From: Eledone cirrhosa
Lineage: Eukaryota
Length of the DNA stretch: 64,000 bases
NCBI GenBank assembly: GCA_964016885.1
Contig: OZ024741.1
Span: 4,278,001-4,342,000, forward strand
Direction of reading: 5' to 3'
In this document: positions 36,501-51,400 of the stretch, one piece after another
Layout: each line of letters starts with the position of its first letter
Position numbering within the stretch: the stretch's first letter is position 1
The notes under the pieces: generated by a model
The model's input: the letters and a program-made list of their open reading frames with translations, nothing else
Database searches by the model: none
Told to the model about the DNA's origin: nothing
Position numbers and translations under genes: made by a program

Positions 36501-39500
36501 TGTAGGAACTAGTAACCTACTGTAGGACTATCAGAGATAGTTGGTGTGATGTAGGAACTAGTAACCTACTGTTGGACTATCAGAGATAGTTGGTGGGTTG
36601 TAGGAACTAGTAACCTAGTGTAGGACTATTAGAGATAGTTGGTGTGATGTATGAACTAGTAACCTACTGTAGGACTATCAGAGATAGTTACTGTGATGTA
36701 GGAACTAGTAACCTACTGTTGGACTATCACTGATAGTTGGTGGGTTGTAGGAACTAGTAACCTAGTGTAGGACTATTAGAGATAGTTGGTGTGATGTAGG
36801 AACTAGTAACCTACTGTAGGAGTATCAGAGATAGTTGGTGTGATGAAGGAACTAGTAACCTACCTTTGGACTATCAGAGATAGTCACTGTGATGTATGAA
36901 CTAGTAACCTACTGTAGGACTATCAGAGATAGTTACTGTGATGTAGGAACTAGTAACCTTCTGTTGGACTATCAGAGATAGTTACTGTGATGTAGGAACT
37001 AGTAACCTACTGTAGGCCTATCAGAGATAGTTGGTGTGATGAAGGATCTAGTAACCTACTGTTGGACTATCAGAGATAGTTGGTGTGATGTAGAAACTAG
37101 TAACCTACTGTTGGACTATCAGAGATAGTTACTGTGATGTAGGAACTAGTAACCTACTGTAGGACTATCAAAGATAGTTACTGTGATGTAGGAACTAGTG
37201 ACCTACTGTAGGACTATCAGAGATAGTTACTGTGATGTAGGAACTAGTAACCTACTGTTGGACTATCAGAGATAGTTACTGTGATGTAGGAACTAGTAAC
37301 CTTGTGTAAAACTATCAGAGATAGTTACTGTGATGTAAGAACTAGTAACCTACTGTTGGACTATGAGAGATAGTTACTGTGATGTAGGAAATAGTAATCT
37401 GCTGTAGGACTATCAGAGATAGTTACTGTGATGTAGGAACTAGTAACCTTGTGTAAAACTATCAGAGATAGTTACTGTGATGTAAGAACTAGTAACCTAC
37501 TGTTGGACTATCAGAGATAGTTACTGGGATGTAGGAACTAGTAACCTACTGTTGGACTATCAGAGATAGTTACTGGGATGTAGTAAATAGTAATCTACTG
37601 TTGGACTATCAGAGATAGTTACTGTGATGTAGGAACTAGTAACCTACTGTAGGACTATCAGAGATAGTTGCTGTGATGCAGGAACTAGTAACCTACTGTA
37701 GGACTATCAGAGATAGTTGGTGTGATGAAGGATCTAGTAAGCTACTGTAGGACTATCTGAGATAGTTGCTGTGATGCAGGAACTAGTAACCTACTGTAGG
37801 ACTGTCAGAGATAGTTACTGTGATGTAAGAACTAGTAACCTACTATAGGACTATCAGAGATAGTTACTGTGATGTAAGAACTAGTAACCTACTGTTGGAC
37901 TATCAGAGATAGTTACTGTGATGTAGGAACTAGTAACCTACTGTTGGACTATCAGAGATATTTACTGTGATGTAGGAACTAGTAACCTCGTGTAAAAATT
38001 TCAGAGATAGTTACTGTGATGTAAGAACTAGTAACCTACTGTTGGACTATGAGAGATAGTTACCGGGATGTAGGAACTAGTAACCAACTGTTGTAGTATC
38101 AGAGATAGTTGGTGTGATGTAGGAACTAGTAACCTACTGTTGGACTATCAGAGATAGTTGGTGTGATGTAGGAACTAGTAACCTACTGTAGGACTATCAG
38201 AGATAGTTGGTGTGATGTAGGAACTAGTAACCTACTGTAGGACTATCAGAGATAGTTACTGTGATGTAGGAACTAGTAGCCTGCTGTAGGACTATAAGAG
38301 ATTGTTGGTGTGATGTAAGAACTAGTAACCTACTGTAGGATTATCAGAGATAGTTGGTGTGATGTAGGAACTAGTAACCTACTGTTGGACTATCAGAGAT
38401 AGTTGGTGTAATGTAAGAACTAGTAACCTACTGTAGGACTATCAGAGATAGTTACTGTGATGTAAGAACTAATAAACTAGTGTTGGACTATCAGAGATAG
38501 TTGGTGTGATGTAGGAACTTGTAACCTACTGTAGGACTATCAGAGATAGTTGTTGTGATGTATGAACTAGTAACCTACTGTTGGACTATCAGAGATAGTT
38601 ACTGTCATGTAGGAACTAGTAACCTACTGTAGGACTATCAGAGATAGTTGCTGTGATGCAGGAACTAGTAACCTACTGTAGGCCTATCAGAGATAGTTAC
38701 TGTGATATAGGAACTAGTAACCTACTGTTGGACTATCAGAGATAGTTACTGTGATGTAAGAACTAATAACCTACTGTATAACTATCAGAGATAGTTGGTG
38801 TGATGTAGGAACTAGTAACCTACTGTAGGACTATGAGAGATAGTTGCTGTGATGTAGGAACTAGTAACCTAATGTAGGATTATTAGAGATAGTTACTGTT
38901 ATGTAAGAACTAGTAACCTACCGTAGGACTATCAGAGATAGTTACTGTGATATAGGAACTAGTAAGCTACTGTTGGACTATCAGAGATAGTTACCGTGAT
39001 GTAGGAACTAGTGACCTACTGTTGGACAATCAGAGATAATTACTGTGATGTAGGAACTAGTAACCTACTGTAGGACTATCAGAGATAGTTACTGTGATGT
39101 AGGAACTAGTAACCTACTGTAGGACTATCAGAGATAGTTACTGTGATGTAAGAACTAGTAACCTACTGTAGTACTATCAGAGATAGTTACTGTGATGTAG
39201 GAACTAGTAACCTACTGTTGGACTATCAGAGATAGTTACTGTGATGTAGGAACTAGTAACCTAGTGTAGGACTATCAGAGATAGTTACTGTGATGTAGGA
39301 ACTAGTAACCTACTGTAGGCCTATCAGAGATAGTTGGTGTGATGAAGGATCTAGTAACCTACTGTTGGACTATCAGAGATAGTTACTGTGATGTAGGAAC
39401 TAGTAACCTACTGTTGGACTATCAGAGATATTTACTGTGATGTAGGAACTAGTAACCTCGTGTAAAAATTTCAGAGATAGTTACTGTGATGTAAGAACTA

Positions 39501-40259
39501 GTAACCTACTGTTGGACTATGAGAGATAGTTACTGTGATGTAGGAAATAGTAATCTACTATAGGACTATCAGAGATAGTTACTGTGATGTAGGAACTAGT
39601 AACCTAATGTAGGACTATCAGAGATAGTTGCTGTGATGCAGGAACTAGTAACCTACTGTAGGACTATCAGAGATAGTTACTGTGTTGTAGGAACTAGTAA
39701 CCTACTGTAGGACTATCAGAGATAGTTGCTGTGATGCAGGAACTAGTAACCTACTGTAGGACTGTCAGAGATAGTTACTGTGATGTAGCAACTAGTAATC
39801 TACTGTTGGACTATCAGAGATAGTTACTGTGATGTAGGAACTAGTAACCTACTATAGGACAATCAGAGATAGTTACTGTGATGTAAGAACTAGTAACCTA
39901 CTGTAGGACTATCAGAGATAGTTACTGTGATGTAGGAACTAGTAACCTACTGTAGGACTATCAGAGATATTTACTGTAATGTAAGAACTAGTAACCTACT
40001 GTAGGACTATCAGAGATAGTTACCGGGATGTAGGAACTAGTAACCTACTGTTGTAGTATCAGAGAAAGTTGGTGTGATGTACGAACTAGTAACCTACTGT
40101 TGGACTATCAGAGATAGTTGGTGTGATGTAGGAACTAGTAACCTACTGTAGGACTATCAGAGATAGTTGGTGTGATGTAGGAACTAGTAGCCTGCTGTAG
40201 GACTATCAGAGATAGTTACTGTGATGTAAGAACTAATAAACTAGTGTTGGATTATCAGA

Positions 40260-43200
40260 GATAGTTACTGTGATGTAGGAACTAGTAACCTACTGTTGGA
40301 CTATCAGAGATAGTTACTGTGATGTAGGAACTAGTAACCTACTGTTGGACTATCAAAGATAGTTGGTGTGATGTAGGAACTAGTAACCTACTGTAGGACT
40401 ATCAGAGATAGTTGGTGTGATGTAGGAACTAGTAACCTACTGTAGGACTATCAGAGATAGTTACTGTGATGTAGGAACTAGTAACCTACTGTTGGACTAT
40501 AAGAGATAGTTGGTGTGATGTAGGAACTAGTAACCTACTTTTGGACTATCAGAGATAGTTGGTGTGATGTAGGAACTAGTAATCTACAGTAGGACTATCA
40601 GAGATAGTTGGTGATGTAGGAACTAGTAACCTACTGTAGGACTATCAGAGATAGTTACTGTGATGTAGGAACTAGTAACCTAATGTAGGACTATCAGAGA
40701 TAGTTACTGTGATGTAAGAACTAGTAACCTACTGTAGGACTATCAGAGATAGTTGGTGTGATGTAGGAACTAGTAACCTACTGTAGGACTATAAGAGATA
40801 GTTGTTGTGATGTATTAACTAGTAACCTAGTGTTGGACTATCAGAGATAGTTACTGTCATGTAGGAACTAGTAACCTACTGTAGGACTATCAGAGATAGT
40901 TGCTGTGATGCAGGAACTAGTAACCTACTGTAGGCCTATCAGAGATAGTTACTGTGATATAGGAACTAGTAACCTACTGTTGGACTATCAGAGATAGTTG
41001 GTGTGATGTAGGAACTAGTAACCTACTGTAGGACTATCAGAGATAGTTGGTGTAATGTAGGAACTAGTAACCTACTGTAGGACTGTCAGAGATAGTTGGT
41101 GTGATGTAGGAACTAGTAACCTACTGTAGGACCGTCAGAGATAGTTGGTGTGATGTAGGAACTAGTAACCTACTGTAGGACTATCAGAGATAGTTGGTGT
41201 GATGTAGGAACTAGTAACCTACTGTAGGACTATCAGAGATAGTTGGTGTGATGTAGGAACTAGTAACCTACTGTAGGACTATCAGAGATAGTTACTGTGA
41301 TGTAGGAACTAGTAACCTACTGTTGGACTATCAGAGATAGTTGGTGTGATGTAGGAACTAGTAACCTACTGTTGGACTATCAGAGATAGTTGGTGTGATG
41401 TAGGAACTAGTAACCTACTGTTGGACTATCAGAGATAGTTGGTGTGATGTAGGAACTAGTAACCTACTGTTGGACTATCAGAGATAGTTGGTGTGATGTA
41501 GGAACTAGTAACCTACTGTAGGACTGTCAGAGATAGTTGGTGAGATGTAGGAACTAGTAACCTACTGTTGTAGTATCAGAGATAGTTACTGTGATGTAGG
41601 AACTAGTAACCTACTGTTGGACTATCAGAGATAGTTGGTGTGATGTAGTAACTAGTAACGTACTGTAGGACTGTCAGAGATAGTTGGTGTGATGTAGGAA
41701 CTAGTAACCTACTGTTGTAGTATCAGAGATAGTTACTGTGATGTAGGAACTAGTAACCTACTGTAGGACTATCAGAGATAGTTGGTGTGATGTAGGAACT
41801 AGTAACCTACTGTTGGACTATCAGAGATAGTTGGTGGGTTGTAGGAACTAGTAACCTAGTGTAGGACTATTAGAGATAGTTGGTGTGATGTATGAACTAG
41901 TAACCTACTGTAGGACTATCAGAGATAGTTACTGTGATGTAGGAACTAGTAACCTACTGTTGGACTATCACTGATAGTTGGTGGGTTGTAGGAACTAGTA
42001 ACCTAGTGTAGGACTATTAGAGATAGTTGGTGTGATGTAGGAACTAGTAACCTACTGTAGGAGTATCAGAGATAGTTGGTGTGATGAAGGAACTAGTAAC
42101 CTACCTTTGGACTATCAGAGATAGTCACTGTGATGTATGAACTAGTAACCTACTGTAGGACTATCAGAGATAGTTACTGTGATGTAGGAACTAGTAACCT
42201 TCTGTTGGACTATCAGAGATAGTTACTGTGATGTAGGAACTAGTAACCTACTGTAGGCCTATCAGAGATAGTTGTGTGTGATGAAGGATCTAGTAACCTA
42301 CTGTTGGACTATCAGAGATAGTTACTGTGATGTAGGAACTAGTAACCTACTGTTGGACTATCAGAGATAGTTGGTGTGATGTAGAAACTAGTAACCTACT
42401 GTTGGACTATCAGAGATAGTTACTGTGATGTAGGAACTAGTAACCTACTGTAGGACTATCAAAGATAGTTACTGTGATGTAGGAACTAGTAACCTACTGT
42501 AGGACTATCAGAGATAGTTACTGTGATGTAGGAACTAGTAACCTACTGTTGGACTATCAGAGATAGTTACTGTGATGTAGGAACTAGTAACCTAGTGTAG
42601 GACTATCAGAGATAGTTACTGTGATGTAGGAACTAGTAACCTACTGTAGGCCTATCAGAGATAGTTGGTGTGATGAAGGATCTAGTAACCTACTGTTGGA
42701 CTATCAGAGATAGTTACTGTGATGTAGGAACTAGTAACCTACTGTTGGACTATCAGAGATAGTTGGTGTGATGTAGAAACTAGTAACCTACTGTTGGACT
42801 ATCAGAGATAGTTACTGTGATGTAGGAACTAGTAACCTACTGTAGGACTATCAGAGATAGTTACTGTGATGTAGGAACTAGTAACCTACTGTTGGACTAT
42901 CAGAGATATTTACTGTGATGTAGGAACTAGTAACCTCGTGTAAAAATTTCAGAGATAGTTACTGTGATGCAGGAACTAGTAACCTACTGTAGGCCTATCA
43001 GAGATAGTTACTGTGATATAGGAACTAGTAACCTACTGTTGGACTATCAGAGATAGTTACTGTGATGTAAGAACTAATAACCTACTGTATAACTATCAGA
43101 GATAGTTGGTGTGATGTAGAAACTAGTAACCTACTGTAGGACTATGAGAGATAGTTGCTGTGATGTAGGAACTAGTAACCTAATGTAGGATTATTAGAGA

Positions 43201-46200
43201 TAGTTACTGTTATGTAAGAACTAGTAACCTACCGTAGGACTATCAGAGATAGTTACTGTGATATAGGAACTAGTAAGCTACTGTTGGACTATCAGAGATA
43301 GTTACCGTGATGTAGGAACTAGTGACCTACTGTTGGACAATCAGAGATAATTACTGTGATGTAGGAACTAGTAACCTACTGTAGGACTATCAGAGATAGT
43401 TACTGTGATGTAGGAACTAGTAACCTACTGTAGGACTATCAGAGATAGTTACTGTGATGTAAGAACTAGTAACCTACTGTAGGACTATCAGAGATAGTTA
43501 CTGTGATGTAGGAACTAGTAACCTCGTGTAAAAATTTCAGAGATAGTTACTGTGATGTAGGAACTAGTAACCTAGTGTAGGACTATCAGAGATAGTTACT
43601 GTGATGTAGGAAATAGTAATCTACTATAGGACTATCAGAGATAGTTACTGTGATGTAGGAACTAGTAACCTACTGTATAACTATCAGAGATAGTTGGTGT
43701 GATGTAGAAACTAGTAACCTACTGTAGGACTATGAGAGATAGTTGCTGTGATGTAGGAACTAGTAACCTAATGTAGGAGTATCAGAGATAGTTGGTGTGA
43801 TGAAGGAACTAGTAACCTACCTTTGGACTATCAGAGATAGTCACTGTGATGTATGAACTAGTAACCTACTGTAGGACTATCAGAGATAGTTACTGTGATG
43901 TAGGAACTAGTAACCTTCTGTTGGACTATCAGAGATAGTTACTGTGATGTAGGAACTAGTAACCTACTGTAGGCCTATCAGAGATAGTTGGTGTGATGAA
44001 GGATCTAGTAACCTACTGTTGGACTATCAGAGATAGTTACTGTGATGTAAGAACTAATAAACTAGTGTTGGATTATCAGAGATAGTTGGTGTGATGTAGG
44101 AACTAGTAATCTACTGTAGGACTATCAGAGATAGTTGTTGTGATGTATGAACTAGTAACCTACTGTTGGACTATCAGAGATAGTTGGTGATGTAGGAACT
44201 AGTAACCTACTGTAGGACTATCAGAGATAGTTGCTGTAATGCAGGAACTAGTAACCTACTGTAGGCCTATCAGAGATAGTTACTGTGATATAGGAACTAG
44301 TAACCTACTGTTAGACTATCAGAGATAGTTACTGTGATGTAAGAACTAATAACCTCCTGTATGACTATCAGAGATAGTTGGTGTGATGTAGGAACTAGTA
44401 ACCTACTGTAGGACTATGAGAGATAGTTGCTGTGATGCAGGAACTAGTAACCTAATGTAGGATTATTAGAGATAGTTACTGTTATGGAAGAACTAGTAAC
44501 CTACCGTAGGACTATCAGAGATAGTTACTGTGATATAGGAACTAGTAACCTACTGTTGGACTATCAGAGATAGTTACCATGATGTAGGAACTAGTAACCT
44601 ACTGTTGGACTATCAGAGATAGTTACTGTGATGTAGGAACTAGTAACCTACTGTTGGACTATCAGAGATAGTTACTGTGATGTAGGAACTAGTAACCTAC
44701 TGTTGGACTATCAAAGATAGTTGGTGTGATGTAGGAACTAGTAACCTACTGTAGGACTATCAGAGATAGTTGGTGTGATGTAGGAACTAGTAACCTACTG
44801 TAGGACTATCAGAGATAGTTACTGTGATGTAGGAACTAGTAACCTACTGTTGGACTATAAGAGATAGTTGGTGTGATGTAGGAACTAGTAACCTACTTTT
44901 GGACTATCAGAGATAGTTGGTGTGATGTAGGAACTAGTAATCTACAGTAGGACTATCAGAGATAGTTGGTGATGTAGGAACTAGTAACCTACTGTAGGAC
45001 TATCAGAGATAGTTACTGTGATGTAGGAACTAGTAACCTAATGTAGGACTATCAGAGATAGTTACTGTGATGTAAGAACTAGTAACCTACTGTAGGACTA
45101 TCAGAGATAGTTGGTGTGATGTAGGAACTAGTAACCTACTGTAGGACTATAAGAGATAGTTGTTGTGATGTATTAACTAGTAACCTAGTGTTGGACTATC
45201 AGAGATAGTTACTGTCATGTAGGAACTAGTAACCTACTGTAGGACTATCAGAGATAGTTGCTGTGATGCAGGAACTAGTAACCTACTGTAGGCCTATCAG
45301 AGATAGTTACTGTGATATAGGAACTAGTAACCTACTGTTGGACTATCAGAGATAGTTGGTGTGATGTAGGAACTAGTAACCTACTGTAGGACTATCAGAG
45401 ATAGTTGGTGTAATGTAGGAACTAGTAACCTACTGTAGGACTGTCAGAGATAGTTGGTGTGATGTAGGAACTAGTAACCTACTGTAGGACCGTCAGAGAT
45501 AGTTGGTGTGATGTAGGAACTAGTAACCTACTGTAGGACTATCAGAGATAGTTGGTGTGATGTAGGAACTAGTAACCTACTGTAGGACTATCAGAGATAG
45601 TTGGTGTGATGTAGGAACTAGTAACCTACTGTAGGACTATCAGAGATAGTTACTGTGATGTAGGAACTAGTAACCTACTGTTGGACTATCAGAGATAGTT
45701 GGTGTGATGTAGGAACTAGTAACCTACTGTTGGACTATCAGAGATAGTTGGTGTGATGTAGGAACTAGTAACCTACTGTTGGACTATCAGAGATAGTTGG
45801 TGTGATGTAGGAACTAGTAACCTACTGTTGGACTATCAGAGATAGTTGGTGTGATGTAGGAACTAGTAACCTACTGTAGGACTGTCAGAGATAGTTGGTG
45901 AGATGTAGGAACTAGTAACCTACTGTTGTAGTATCAGAGATAGTTACTGTGATGTAGGAACTAGTAACCTACTGTTGGACTATCAGAGATAGTTGGTGTG
46001 ATGTAGTAACTAGTAACGTACTGTAGGACTGTCAGAGATAGTTGGTGTGATGTAGGAACTAGTAACCTACTGTTGTAGTATCAGAGATAGTTACTGTGAT
46101 GTAGGAACTAGTAACCTACTGTAGGACTATCAGAGATAGTTGGTGTGATGTAGGAACTAGTAACCTACTGTTGGACTATCAGAGATAGTTGGTGGGTTGT

Positions 46201-48405
46201 AGGAACTAGTAACCTAGTGTAGGACTATTAGAGATAGTTGGTGTGATGTATGAACTAGTAACCTACTGTAGGACTATCAGAGATAGTTACTGTGATGTAG
46301 GAACTAGTAACCTACTGTTGGACTATCACTGATAGTTGGTGGGTTGTAGGAACTAGTAACCTAGTGTAGGACTATTAGAGATAGTTGGTGTGATGTAGGA
46401 ACTAGTAACCTACTGTAGGAGTATCAGAGATAGTTGGTGTGATGAAGGAACTAGTAACCTACCTTTGGACTATCAGAGATAGTCACTGTGATGTATGAAC
46501 TAGTAACCTACTGTAGGACTATCAGAGATAGTTACTGTGATGTAGGAACTAGTAACCTTCTGTTGGACTATCAGAGATAGTTACTGTGATGTAGGAACTA
46601 GTAACCTACTGTAGGCCTATCAGAGATAGTTGGTGTGATGAAGGATCTAGTAACCTACTGTTGGACTATCAGAGATAGTTACTGTGATGTAGGAACTAGT
46701 AACCTACTGTTGGACTATCAGAGATAGTTGGTGTGATGTAGAAACTAGTAACCTACTGTTGGACTATCAGAGATAGTTACTGTGATGTAGGAACTAGTAA
46801 CCTACTGTAGGACTATCAAAGATAGTTACTGTGATGTAGGAACTAGTAACCTACTGTAGGACTATCAGAGATAGTTACTGTGATGTAGGAACTAGTAACC
46901 TACTGTTGGACTATCAGAGATAGTTACTGTGATGTAGGAACTAGTAACCTAGTGTAGGACTATCAGAGATAGTTACTGTGATGTAGGAACTAGTAACCTA
47001 CTGTAGGCCTATCAGAGATAGTTGGTGTGATGAAGGATCTAGTAACCTACTGTTGGACTATCAGAGATAGTTACTGTGATGTAGGAACTAGTAACCTACT
47101 GTTGGACTATCAGAGATAGTTGGTGTGATGTAGAAACTAGTAACCTACTGTTGGACTATCAGAGATAGTTACTGTGATGTAGGAACTAGTAACCTACTGT
47201 AGGACTATCAGAGATAGTTACTGTGATGTAGGAACTAGTAACCTACTGTTGGACTATCAGAGATATTTACTGTGATGTAGGAACTAGTAACCTCGTGTAA
47301 AAATTTCAGAGATAGTTACTGTGATGCAGGAACTAGTAACCTACTGTAGGCCTATCAGAGATAGTTACTGTGATATAGGAACTAGTAACCTACTGTTGGA
47401 CTATCAGAGATAGTTACTGTGATGTAAGAACTAATAACCTACTGTATAACTATCAGAGATAGTTGGTGTGATGTAGAAACTAGTAACCTACTGTAGGACT
47501 ATGAGAGATAGTTGCTGTGATGTAGGAACTAGTAACCTAATGTAGGATTATTAGAGATAGTTACTGTTATGTAAGAACTAGTAACCTACCGTAGGACTAT
47601 CAGAGATAGTTACTGTGATATAGGAACTAGTAAGCTACTGTTGGACTATCAGAGATAGTTACCGTGATGTAGGAACTAGTGACCTACTGTTGGACAATCA
47701 GAGATAATTACTGTGATGTAGGAACTAGTAACCTACTGTAGGACTATCAGAGATAGTTACTGTGATGTAGGAACTAGTAACCTACTGTAGGACTATCAGA
47801 GATAGTTACTGTGATGTAAGAACTAGTAACCTACTGTAGGACTATCAGAGATAGTTACTGTGATGTAGGAACTAGTAACCTCGTGTAAAAATTTCAGAGA
47901 TAGTTACTGTGATGTAGGAACTAGTAACCTAGTGTAGGACTATCAGAGATAGTTACTGTGATGTAGGAAATAGTAATCTACTATAGGACTATCAGAGATA
48001 GTTACTGTGATGTAGGAACTAGTAACCTACTGTATAACTATCAGAGATAGTTGGTGTGATGTAGAAACTAGTAACCTACTGTAGGACTATGAGAGATAGT
48101 TGCTGTGATGTAGGAACTAGTAACCTAATGTAGGAGTATCAGAGATAGTTGGTGTGATGAAGGAACTAGTAACCTACCTTTGGACTATCAGAGATAGTCA
48201 CTGTGATGTATGAACTAGTAACCTACTGTAGGACTATCAGAGATAGTTACTGTGATGTAGGAACTAGTAACCTTCTGTTGGACTATCAGAGATAGTTACT
48301 GTGATGTAGGAACTAGTAACCTACTGTAGGCCTATCAGAGATAGTTGGTGTGATGAAGGATCTAGTAACCTACTGTTGGACTATCAGAGATAGTTACTGT
48401 GATGT
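40260..48405. repeat. Near-identical duplication, 4357/4358-bp offset (89 monomers)
   Basis: TATCAAAG 40351/44709, TATTAACT 40813/45171, TACCTTTGG 42102/46460 and 43818/48175. The ends are approximate. Confidence 0.8.
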
Positions 48406-51400
48406 AGGAACTAGTAACCTACTGTTGGACTATCAGAGATAGTTGGTGTGATGTAGAAACTAGTAACCTACTGTTGGACTATCAGAGATAGTTACTGTGA
48501 TGTAGGAACTAGTAACCTACTGTAGGACTATCAAAGATAGTTACTGTGATGTAGGAACTAGTAACCTACTGTAGGACTATCAGAGATAGTTACTGTGATG
48601 TAGGAACTAGTAACCTACTGTTGGACTATCAGAGATAGTTACTGTGATGTAGGAACTAGTAACCTTGTGTAAAACTATCAGAGATAGTTACTGTGATGTA
48701 AGAACTAGTAACCTACTGTTGGACTATCAGAGATAGTTACTGGGATGTAGGAACTAGTAACCTACTGTTGGACTATCAGAGATAGTTACTGGGATGTAGT
48801 AAATAGTAATCTACTGTTGGACTATCAGAGATAGTTACTGTGATGTAGGAACTAGTAACCTACTGTAGGACTATCAGAGATAGTTGCTGTGATGCAGGAA
48901 CTAGTAACCTACTGTAGGACTATCAGAGATAGTTACTGTGATGTAGGAACTAGTAACCTACTGTAGGACTATCTGAGATAGTTGCTGTGATGCAGGAACT
49001 AGTAACCTACTGTAGGACTGTCAGAGATAGTTACTGTGATGTAGCAACTAGTAATCTACCGTTGGACTATCAGAGATAGTTACTGTGATGTAGGAACTAG
49101 TAACCTACTATAGGACTATCAGAGATAGTTACTGTGATGTAAGAACTAGTAACCTACTGTAGGACTATCAGAGATAGTTACTGTGATGTAGGAACTAGTA
49201 ACCTACTGTAGGACTATCAGAGATATTTACTGTAATGAAGAACTAGTAACCTACTGTTGGACTATCGGAGATAGTTACCGGGATGTAGGAACTAGTAACC
49301 AACTGTTGTAGTATCAGAGATAGTTGGTGTGATGTAGGAACTAGTAACCTACTGTTGGACTATCAGAGATAGTTGGTGTGATGTAGGAACTAGTAACCTA
49401 CTGTAGGACTATCAGAGATAGTTGGTGTGATGTAGGAACTAGTAACCTACTGTAGGACTATCAGAGATAGTTACTGTGATGTAGGAACTAGTAGCCTGCT
49501 GTAGGACTATAAGAGATTGTTGGTGTGATGTAAGAACTAGTAACCTACTGTAGGATTATCAGAGATAGTTGGTGTGATGTAGGAACTAGTAACCTACTGT
49601 TGGACTATCAGAGATAGTTGGTGTAATGTAAGAACTAGTAACCTACTGTAGGACTATCAGAGATAGTTACTGTGATGTAAGAACTAATAAACTAGTGTTG
49701 GACTATCAGAGATAGTTGGTGTGATGTAGGAACTTGTAACCTACTGTAGGACTATCAGAGATAGTTGTTGTGATGTATGAACTAGTAACCTACTGTTGGA
49801 CTATCAGAGATAGTTACTGTCATGTAGGAACTAGTAACCTACTGTAGGACTATCAGAGATAGTTGCTGTGATGCAGGAACTAGTAACCTACTGTAGGCCT
49901 ATCAGAGATAGTTACTGTGATATAGGAACTAGTAACCTACTGTTGGACTATCAGAGATAGTTACTGTGATGTAAGAACTAATAACCTACTGTATAACTAT
50001 CAGAGATAGTTGGTGTGATGTAGGAACTAGTAACCTACTGTAGGACTATGAGAGATAGTTGCTGTGATGTAGGAACTAGTAACCTAATGTAGGATTATTA
50101 GAGATAGTTACTGTTATGTAAGAACTAGTAACCTACCGTAGGACTATCAGAGATAGTTACTGTGATATAGGAACTAGTAAGCTACTGTTGGACTATCAGA
50201 GATAGTTACCGTGATGTAGGAACTAGTGACCTACTGTTGGACAATCAGAGATAATTACTGTGATGTAGGAACTAGTAACCTACTGTAGGACTATCAGAGA
50301 TAGTTACTGTGATGTAGGAACTAGTAACCTACTGTAGGACTATCAGAGATAGTTACTGTGATGTAAGAACTAGTAACCTACTGTAGGACTATCAGAGATA
50401 GTTACTGTGATGTAGGAACTAGTAACCTACTGTTGGACTATCAGAGATAGTTACTGTGATGTAGGAACTAGTAACCTAGTGTAGGACTATCAGAGATAGT
50501 TACTGTGATGTAGGAACTAGTAACCTACTGTAGGCCTATCAGAGATAGTTGGTGTGATGAAGGATCTAGTAACCTACTGTTGGACTATCAGAGATAGTTA
50601 CTGTGATGTAGGAACTAGTAACCTACTGTTGGACTATCAGAGATAGTTGGTGTGATGTAGAAACTAGTAACCTACTGTTGGACTATCAGAGATAGTTACT
50701 GTGATGTAGGAACTAGTAACCTACTGTAGGACTATCAGAGATAGTTACTGTGATGTAGGAACTAGTAACCTACTGTTGGACTATCAGAGATATTTACTGT
50801 GATGTAGGAACTAGTAACCTCGTGTAAAAATTTCAGAGATAGTTACTGTGATGTAAGAACTAGTAACCTACTGTTGGACTATGAGAGATAGTTACTGTGA
50901 TGTAGGAACTAGTAACCTACTGTAGGACTGTCAGAGATAGTTACTGTGATGTAGCAACTAGTAATCTACTGTAGGACTATCAGAGATAGTTACTGTGTTG
51001 TAGGAACTAGTAACCTACTGTAGGACTATCAGAGATAGTTGCTGTGATGCAGGAACTAGTAACCTACTGTAGGACTGTCAGAGATAGTTACTGTGATGTA
51101 GCAACTAGTAATCTACTGTTGGACTATCAGAGATAGTTACTGTGATGTAGGAACTAGTAACCTACTATAGGACAATCAGAGATAGTTACTGTGATGTAAG
51201 AACTAGTAACCTACTGTAGGACTATCAGAGATAGTTACTGTGATGTAGGAACTAGTAACCTACTGTAGGACTATCAGAGATATTTACTGTAATGTAAGAA
51301 CTAGTAACCTACTGTTGGACTATCAGAGATAGTTACCGGGATGTAGGAACTAGTAACCTACTGTTGTAGTATCAGAGAAAGTTGGTGTGATGTACGAACT

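Noticed and set aside
42271-42280. Unique +1 monomer (GTTGTGTGTG)
   Set aside because: A singleton absent from the duplicate copy at ~46629. It may be a sequencing or consensus error in a GT run.
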